Shown here in pieces: positions 8,718 through 14,571 of a DNA stretch of 14,571 bases. Position numbers and translations under genes: made by a program. The DNA is from Paraspadella gotoi (taxonomy: Eukaryota > Animalia > Chaetognatha). The notes under the pieces were generated by a model. The model did not search any database, was not told the origin of the DNA, and was given only the letters and a program-made list of their open reading frames with translations. The DNA is taken from assembly GCA_051294375.1 (NCBI GenBank), contig CM119270.1, positions 1,480,704-1,495,274 of the forward strand. The letters are read 5' to 3'. Numbering within the stretch: the stretch's first letter is position 1; each line of letters starts with the position of its first letter.

Positions 8718-11700
8718 GCGATCGATGCAGAATCTGAGGTCCGGCGTCGCCGCTCAACAAATGAGACGACCTCTCCTCTTGAGAATGCAGCATGGCCTCA
8801 AGTTTGGCCAACAGGTTGGGCTGCAGCATGACCAACCGATTGCTGTGTTGGCCTTTGAGTGTGGCCACGTGGGGAATGGCCTCGGGTAGGTTAAAGAGAG
8901 TTTAAAATGATTCTAATGATTTAAACTAAAAAGTTAAAAATGACTTAATTTACAAATTAACTTACCAAAACAGAAACTTAGTCCGTTCATTTCCCCTCAC
9001 CTGCAGCAGGCTGGTGACGGAGGCATACCCCAGCCGCAGCAGGTCCTCGGGAATGTTCCCAGTCTTAGTTCCCGCCAAATAAATCTTTTCCAGCGAATCT
9101 AACGAGACGCAGTTGCTACCGAGTCGCGCGTTGCTACTTTGTTTGGTCAAGAAATTGCGAATAGTTTTTGCGAAAATCTGTAGAGGGCCGAAGGTCACGC
9201 AGAGGGAATCGCTTATAGGGGGGAAACAAAAGACAAACGATCAATAATTACGTTAATAATAATAACGTAATTAATAAATAAATATGAATGTTAATGTTAC
9301 CCAACGAAAGTTAAGCCATTGAATGAAAGATTAAGAAGAAAATAAATATTTTTACGGCTAAGCATGAAATAGGTACACAACCAATATGAAATTATTCATT
9401 CTTAAAGATATACAAGATATACAAGATATACAAGATGATAACATTGTGAGACAAAGTTTAATCAAGCCTCTCCCAGAGTGCAAGGCTCCCAGAGTGCAAG
9501 ACTTCCCGATTGCACAAAATTTTTAACCGTTTCAACCGTAACAAGTAAAATAAATGAAGATTTAATGGATTAAAAAAGGAAAACAAATAGTTTTACAAAT
9601 AGTTACAAACAATACGAAATATTTATATTGAATTCTTTAAAGTCACTTACTTTTTTTTTAAGAAGCGAACTTACCTCGGGACGAGATTCGGCGGCAGTCC
9701 GATCCGACCGACCATCGAGTTGGCGTCGGAGTCGCTGGCGACGACTTGAACGAAGGGCGACATCTCGCGGAGAGTCTGAATGAGATCAACCTGGGGGAAA
9801 GAAGGGGAATGAGGGAGAAGGGAGATGAAGAAGGGGAAGGGAGAAGGGAGATGAAAGAAGGGGACATGGGAGAAGGCGAGAGGAAGAAGGGGACAAAGGG
9901 AGGAGAGAGGGAAAGGGGGAGAAAGAGGGGAGTAAGGGAAAGAGGGGGAATGAGGAGGAAGGCGAAAGGAAAAGGGGACAGGGGAGCGAGAGAGGGAAAG
10001 GGAGGGAAGGAGGATAGAGGGAAAGGAGGAAGGATATGAGGGAAGGGGAAGAGAAGGAGCGGGAACCGGGAGGAAGAAGGAAAGGAAAGGAGAGGTGAGG
10101 GGAGGACGAGGGGAAATTTAAAGAGAGGGAAGGAAAGAGAAGGGGGAGGGAAGAGGGGGAGAGGAGGGAGAAGAGGGGAAGGGGGAGGAAAGAGGAAGGG
10201 AAAGGGGAGGCAAGAAAGAGGGGGAGGAAGCAGAAAAAGGGAAGGGGGGAAGCAGAGGAAAGAGGAGAAGGGGAAGAGAGGTAGAGGGGAGGGAAGAGGG
10301 GAATAGGGGGAGGAAGGAGGGGAAGGGAAAGTAGAAGGCGCGAAGATGGAACAAGGCGAGTGAAGTATGACTGCGTCGGGGCCTGACGAAGAGACTCCCG
10401 AGGAGGCAGACGGCGTAGTATAAGCTTGTGGCGACGAACAGCTAACGTGAGCATGGATCGGCCATAGAGGATCGTGTCGACGAAGGACAATGGAGCCCGC
10501 GCGGTCAGTGGAGTCGTCCGGCAAGGACTCGGAATAACTGTGAGCGAAGTTACAGCGATTATAGCGAGAGATGGGTGATCACAAGGTAGCGTTCAGGTGG
10601 TGGCGGGTCAGTGGGCGGTCGGAACCGGTAGCGTGATATGCGAGAGTACAACGCTATGCGAGCAGAGAAACGTGGACGTCGGAGGATGGAAGAGACGGGT
10701 GAATGCGTAGGACCAAACTACTGCATGACGGCTGGGTCACTTATGCGAGACGTAGGGAGCGAGCTCGACCAATCTGTGACGATCACGTGTGAGAGTGACC
10801 GACGGAGGATATAGTGCGCGGACAGATGATGTCAGACGAGGGAGAGAAGAAGGACTGGGAGCAAGTATCAGTGTGTAGATGGACGCGATGAGGCCAGTAC
10901 AGACGATGATAACGGATGCAGCGTCCGCTGGATTCGTCCAAGGGGATGTGTGAAGGAGTCGTATCAAGGAGTGGATACAGAAGCGCGGCGGGATCGTGAG
11001 GGATCAGCAAGGGAGGAGATCATCCTGAGCGATCAGACGTGTGCTGCGCACAGCGGGACGGGGAACTGATGAGTATGAGAGTTATGCATTGCAGTCGGCG
11101 GCACGGTGGGTATAGAGCGATAACTCGGAGAAGTCACGCCGATGTAGAAGGCAGTTGAATGTGGTCAAGGCGGATCGCATAGAGCACTAGGTGTAGCGCC
11201 GAGTACTAGTAATTGAAATATGTATGAGAGTTGACGAACGTAGAGGTCCGCATATATCTGTTAACCGGCGAGGGCGGGCGGATATGAAGCGGCGCCAGAG
11301 GATATGGAGGGGGAGGGAGGAAGCTGTTTACTACTTAATGTTACTCACACTTTTTTTCCAGCTCACTTTTCCTCTCCTCTCTCTCCTCTCTCTCTCCCCT
11401 CTCTCACCTTCTGCCCGAAGGCCTGTTCGTATCTCATCTTCAGATCCAGCGTGGCCACCACATCCGCGGGTGTTCCATCATGACTACGGCCACCCTCGCC
11501 GCCGCCGCCAACACCCTCCCGCGGTCGACGAGGGTGACGAAGGCTTCCGAGGCGATGCGTTCGATCTGATGGAGTTGGAGATGAGATCGAGGAGCTGGGT
11601 AAGTCCTCGACCTCGAAATCGTCCTTTGATGGGGTTGGAGTAAAGGAAGGGGAGTTTGGTTTGGAATGATGTAGTTGAAAGGAAAAGGGATTTGACGCTG

Positions 11701-13799
11701 AGATTTAAACGTTTTTACAGTTTTACAGTCACGATTATTATTTGGTACTTGAAGTTTTTTTAATAAAGCCTAACACTCATTATTTTTTCATGAGAACAAT
11801 TCTTTTTTTCAATAAATAGTCATTTTTTAAAGTTTTATGTTTTTATCAGGACGCGCGCTTCTTTACAAAAAGGTTAATTTTCATCGCCAACGCTTCAAAA
11901 ATATTAGTTTATTACCCCAGAAGAGAACAAAAATGTTTTTTTTTCAAATATTTCGACTTAAATGTCATCAATGATTAAAATGAAAAAAACGAGACAATTG
12001 CCACGTTTCACCTGAAGATTGAGTTGGTGTCCGTGATTTCTGTTGTAATCGGCATAAATGATGACAAAGGAAGGCGTTGATGGAGCGACGGTCTTTACTA
12101 AGGAAACCACCTGAGGGACGATGACGAAGGAGAACGATGACAGAGTAGAAGAGAATGACCAAAAAAAAAGGAACCAATCAAAACAAACCCGACCAAAACA
12201 AAACCCTGACCTGATTTGCGAGGACTGCGATCATTTCCTTCTGTGTCAATTGCAAAAATCTGTCTTCGCCTTCTTCCCTCAAGCAGACGACGTCAGGCAC
12301 GCCTCCAACAGCTCGACCAGTTTCGTGAACCGTAGTCGGCCACTCGGCATTGACGACCTGGTGTGGGGGAGGAGAGAAGGGGGGGGATGGGTATGTTAAG
12401 GAGGTATTTGATTCTCGCGATTTCTCCCTCTTCGTTTCTTGATTTTTTTGTAATTTTATAGCTATCTCAACTTTTACTTCTTTACTCATAATGTTTCTTT
12501 TACTTCTTCTCTCTCTCTCTCTCTCTCTCCTCCTCTCCTCTCTCCTCTCTCTCTCTCTCTCCTCCCCCAACTCATTACGCTCACCGAAATGATGATGATA
12601 CGAAGGAATAAACTTGTTAAAACTAAGACGACATCTAGGGTTGTGTCGCACAACTCGACGACCTCTCGACCGAACTGCCTCGTTCTCGCCATCTCTTCGG
12701 GCGTCTGCTCGCGTTTGGGGAGAGAGAGCCAACATCCGGGGGGAGAGAGGAGTCGAAAGGGTCGGAGTGAGAGGGGAAGAGGAGGAGGAAGGGATCTCGG
12801 ATTCTGCGGGATGGAATACAGTCACGGAGTAGGTGCCTAAAAATAATAAACAAAAATAAACAAAAATTAATAAACAAATAATCATCCATTATACAATCAG
12901 AAAAGCGACAATGTAAACTCGTAAACTTGTAATGACGTGGATGAAATGCCAAAATGATCGAACCCTTACCCTCGGGTAATTCCGCCAGCGCGTCGAGAAT
13001 CTTGCACATTCCGTAATCCGAAATTTCGAAAGCGCGACCGAATATTTTCGCGTAGGCGGAGGGAAATTCGTCCAGTGAGATCTGAAGAGAGAGAGAGAAA
13101 GGTTTGTGAATGATGTGAGACGATGTAAGTTAAATGACTATCACAAGGTAATTTTGACGCTCAGGTTAGTCTTGTAACTCTGCGCAGAATCGTATCGAGT
13201 GGACAGGTTTTGTTTCAAGAATGAGAAGTTAAGATTCTGATTTCCAGATGGCAAATGACAAAAAACTCACTTGTTTGCAAGCTTGAGTTTTCAGAATTCG
13301 AAGGACGTCGTTCGTGAAACGCTTCACCTGATTTGTGAAGGGAAATTCACTAAATTCGCTGAAAACACGTTTATCTCTCACGGAATCAGCACCTGTGACC
13401 TATGACCCTTACCTGTGACCTATGAGTGAGCGTGACCACCTTGTGATTTCCGGAACCCATGACCTGATTTTACAAAAAAGGAAAACTAAGTAAATTTTAT
13501 GAATCTCAATTTAAATGATATTATATAATTATTAATCTTAATTATTAATCTTTAATTTTTAGATTAACTATGTGAAAAACGAGACCAGGAACCAAAAAAA
13601 GACACGACAGGCACACTTCCCCGCATACTTGACCCAAACCTGCATGACGTGAGGTATGGCTTCGAACAGCTCGATCAACTTAGTGTAACCGTAATCGGCG
13701 ACTCGACATTGACGTCCAAAGTGATGATGATATTCGGGAATGAATTTGGTGAACGGAAGGCGACAGTGGGGGGAGTTTTTGAGGAGGTCGACCACCTCT
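6054..13799 (-). CDS. MARF1: MARF1 / Limkain-b1 homologue (meiosis regulator and mRNA stability factor 1), 3' part: tandem OST-HTH/LOTUS domains plus long disordered tail; multi-exon, 5'-partial
   Basis: Manual splicing of GT-AG exons 13640-13799, 13413-13463, 13271-13327, 12970-13081, 12585-12836, 12211-12357, 12012-12110, 11408-11623, 9675-9790, 9001-9211, 8715-8880, 8134-8281, 7833-7939 and terminal 6054-7573. Phases are compatible once a few 1-nt indels are allowed. Peptides [64 protein letters not shown] and [26 protein letters not shown] match the MARF1 LOTUS array as I recall it, in the expected order. Confidence 0.93.
7833..7939 (-). CDS. MARF1: MARF1 tail exon ([35 protein letters not shown])
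   Basis: ctccccag acceptor, gtaagc donor, 107 nt, phase 2-1. Confidence 0.7.
8134..8281 (-). CDS. MARF1: MARF1 tail exon ([50 protein letters not shown])
   Basis: GC-rich island bounded by cccaaag and gtaagt; 148 nt, phase 1-2, compatible with both neighbours. No homology support. Confidence 0.68.
8665..8712. repeat. (TC)24 microsatellite
   Basis: Read directly; abuts the splice donor at 8713-8714. Confidence 0.95.
8715..8880 (-). CDS. MARF1: MARF1 exon ([24 protein letters not shown]...HRSP)
   Basis: AG at 8881-8882, gtgaga donor, 166 nt, phase 0-1; AIPxVxxxKG end of the LOTUS domain. Confidence 0.82.
9001..9211 (-). CDS. MARF1: MARF1 exon, last LOTUS domain ([22 protein letters not shown]...[11 protein letters not shown])
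   Basis: cctataag acceptor, gtgagg donor, 211 nt, phase 2-0; FAKxIRxxL resembles the final MARF1 LOTUS domain. Confidence 0.82.
9675..9790 (-). CDS. MARF1: MARF1 exon ([38 protein letters not shown])
   Basis: ttcccccag acceptor, gtaagt donor, 116 nt; phase 2 exit fits the next exon. Confidence 0.75.
9793..10335. repeat. About 540-nt almost pure G/A low-complexity tract (pyrimidine tract in the transcript)
   Basis: Read directly; ends at the acceptor of exon 9675-9790. Confidence 0.9.
11408..11623 (-). CDS. MARF1: MARF1 exon ([54 protein letters not shown]), probably three 1-nt deletions
   Basis: catcaaag acceptor, gtgaga donor, 216 nt. LOTUS-like peptide pieces fall in successive frames. 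Confidence 0.75.
12012..12110 (-). CDS. MARF1: MARF1 exon ([33 protein letters not shown])
   Basis: ccctcag acceptor, gtgaaa donor, 99 nt, phase 0-0; LOTUS-like YxxxxGxxLxL. Confidence 0.75.
12211..12357 (-). CDS. MARF1: MARF1 exon ([10 protein letters not shown][F]TKLVELLEA[V][29 protein letters not shown]), two apparent 1-nt deletions
   Basis: cacaccag acceptor, gtcagg donor. Restoring one T (GGT TTC) and one G (GCG GTG) gives the conserved peptide and phase 1-0. Confidence 0.85.
12503..12568. repeat. Interrupted (TC)n microsatellite
   Basis: Read directly. Confidence 0.88.
12585..12836 (-). CDS. MARF1: MARF1 exon (..[47 protein letters not shown]) with compensating frameshifts
   Basis: tttttag acceptor, gtgagc donor, 252 nt, phase 1-1. 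The conserved peptide is split over two frames here but is intact in the duplicate at 14315-14540. Confidence 0.85.
12970..13081 (-). CDS. MARF1: MARF1 exon ([38 protein letters not shown])
   Basis: tctcttcag acceptor, gtaagg donor, 112 nt, phase 0-1; LOTUS YxxxFG...DYG pattern. Confidence 0.9.
13271..13327 (-). CDS. MARF1: MARF1 exon ([19 protein letters not shown])
   Basis: aaatcag acceptor, gtgagt donor, 57 nt, phase 0-0. Confidence 0.9.
13413..13463 (-). CDS. MARF1: MARF1 exon ([17 protein letters not shown])
   Basis: aaatcag acceptor, gtaagg donor, 51 nt, phase 0-0; continues the LOTUS linker. Confidence 0.9.
13640..13799 (-). CDS. MARF1: MARF1 exon, LOTUS domain ([53 protein letters not shown])
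   Basis: Acceptor ccctcag (AG 13800-13801), donor gtttgg (13638-13639); 160 nt; diagnostic [15 protein letters not shown] motif. Confidence 0.93.
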
Positions 13800-14014
13800 C
13801 TGAGGGGGGGAGGTTAGGGGGGAAATAGGGAAGAGAGAGAAATGGGGCATGAGAGGGAGAAAGGGGGTAGGAAGTTATGTAAGAGAAAAAGGGGTATATA
13901 GTAGGAAAGTATAGTCAATGCAGATCATAAAGTGAAGAGACAGTAATTATTGTTGTGTCAGTGACAGAACCGTTTAATATAACTTATATTCCCTATTTCC
14001 CCCCTAACAGCAGT

Positions 14015-14158
14015 AGCACTTATATATTATAAGCACTTATTAAGCAGTCCCTGAGCTTCGGATCAGGCTGTAACACCGTGTTACAGGCGACCACCGGGCT
14101 AGAACCCCGGACCTTTGGGTTGGGAGGCGAATGACTTGCCTCCGGTACCAATGGCCGC
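14015..14158 (-). mobile_element. Putative tRNA-derived SINE (degenerate tRNA-Gly(CCC)-like head 14087-14158, two hairpins, AT-rich repeated tail)
   Basis: Minus strand: acceptor stem GCGGCCA/TGGTCGC spanning 72 nt, T-arm CCGGG-GTTCTAG-CCCGG (B-box-like), loop CTCCCAA. Anticodon and D stems are broken, so it is not a functional tRNA. Tail has ataagtgct twice. Confidence 0.6.
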
Positions 14159-14304
14159 TTATGAACGGTTGGTGGATTTTAGTCCGCCATAAAAGTATGA
14201 TTGTCAAAGACAGATGACGATTGGGTTAGTGTAAGAAACCACAAACGGATACGTAGTTACGTGACAGAGTAGAGGAATATTAGGTGGGAAATAGTCACCA
14301 GTTA

Positions 14305-14314
14305 NNNNNNNNNN
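14305..14314. other. Assembly gap (10 N)
   Basis: N run adjoining the duplicated MARF1 exon. Confidence 0.99.
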
Positions 14315-14540
14315 ATAAACTTGTTAAAACTAAGACGACATCTAGGGTTGTGTCGCAACAACTCGACGACCTCTCGACCGAACTGCCTCGTTCTCGCCAT
14401 CTCTTCGGGCGTCTGCTCGCGTTTGGGGAGAGAGAGCCAACATCCGGGGGGAGAGAGGGAGTCGAAAGGGTCGGAGTGAGAGGGGGAAGAGGAGGAGGAA
14501 GGGATCTCGGATTCTGGGGATTGATACATCACGATGGTGC
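14315..14540 (-). CDS. MARF1: Second, frame-intact copy of the MARF1 exon at 12585-12836, truncated by the N gap
   Basis: GTIVMYQSPESEIP...[40 protein letters not shown]. Acceptor-side intron 14541-14571 is identical to 12837-12867. Confidence 0.75.
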
Positions 14541-14571
14541 CTAAAAATAATAAACAAAAATAAACAAAAAT

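Noticed and set aside
8380-9510. Small degenerate repeats (atggcacag-like at 8383-8440, tacaagata at about 9405-9438, ctcccagagtgcaag x2 at 9470-9500) and ORF 8390-8593
   Set aside because: Ordinary intronic slippage repeats with no further structure.
9658-10524. Long ORFs (288, 234, 97 and 78 aa) rich in P/S/L/F or G/E/R/K
   Set aside because: Translations of a purine/pyrimidine tract that lacks stop codons. Only 9675-9790 is exonic, in a different frame.
11408-12836. Programmed frameshifting or RNA editing in MARF1
   Set aside because: No slippery sites or stimulatory structures are evident, the region is error-rich, and the duplicate exon copy is in frame.
420-13799. Functional link or fusion between MARF1 and the chitin deacetylase
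   Set aside because: MARF1 has its own stop and the CDA its own ATG and signal peptide, 1.6 kb apart. Adjacency alone is not evidence in an animal genome.
14087-14158. Functional tRNA-Gly(CCC)
   Set aside because: The anticodon stem has two C-C mismatches, the D stem does not pair and the T loop is non-canonical.

Overview
Animal (probably invertebrate) genomic DNA from a draft assembly, with two N gaps and many indel-type errors. It carries two intron-containing genes, both on the minus strand. (1) About 6054-13799: the 3' half of a MARF1/Limkain-b1 homologue. I can splice 13 GT-AG exons encoding a tandem OST-HTH/LOTUS array and a very long low-complexity C-terminal tail; the N-terminal NYN/RRM part lies outside the window. 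(2) 420-4410: the first four coding exons of a secreted chitin deacetylase-like (CE4/NodB) gene that runs off the left edge. Also present are a tRNA-Gly-like SINE/pseudo-tRNA, a 52-bp minisatellite built from an exon end plus splice donor, two noisy block duplications that are probably assembly artefacts, and many purine/pyrimidine tracts. Most ORFs in the supplied track are spurious low-complexity or shadow frames. I see no clearly new multi-gene system. The best leads are complementary intron ends, duplicated splice donors and the expanded MARF1 tail. All homology calls come from motif recognition from memory, not from database searches.
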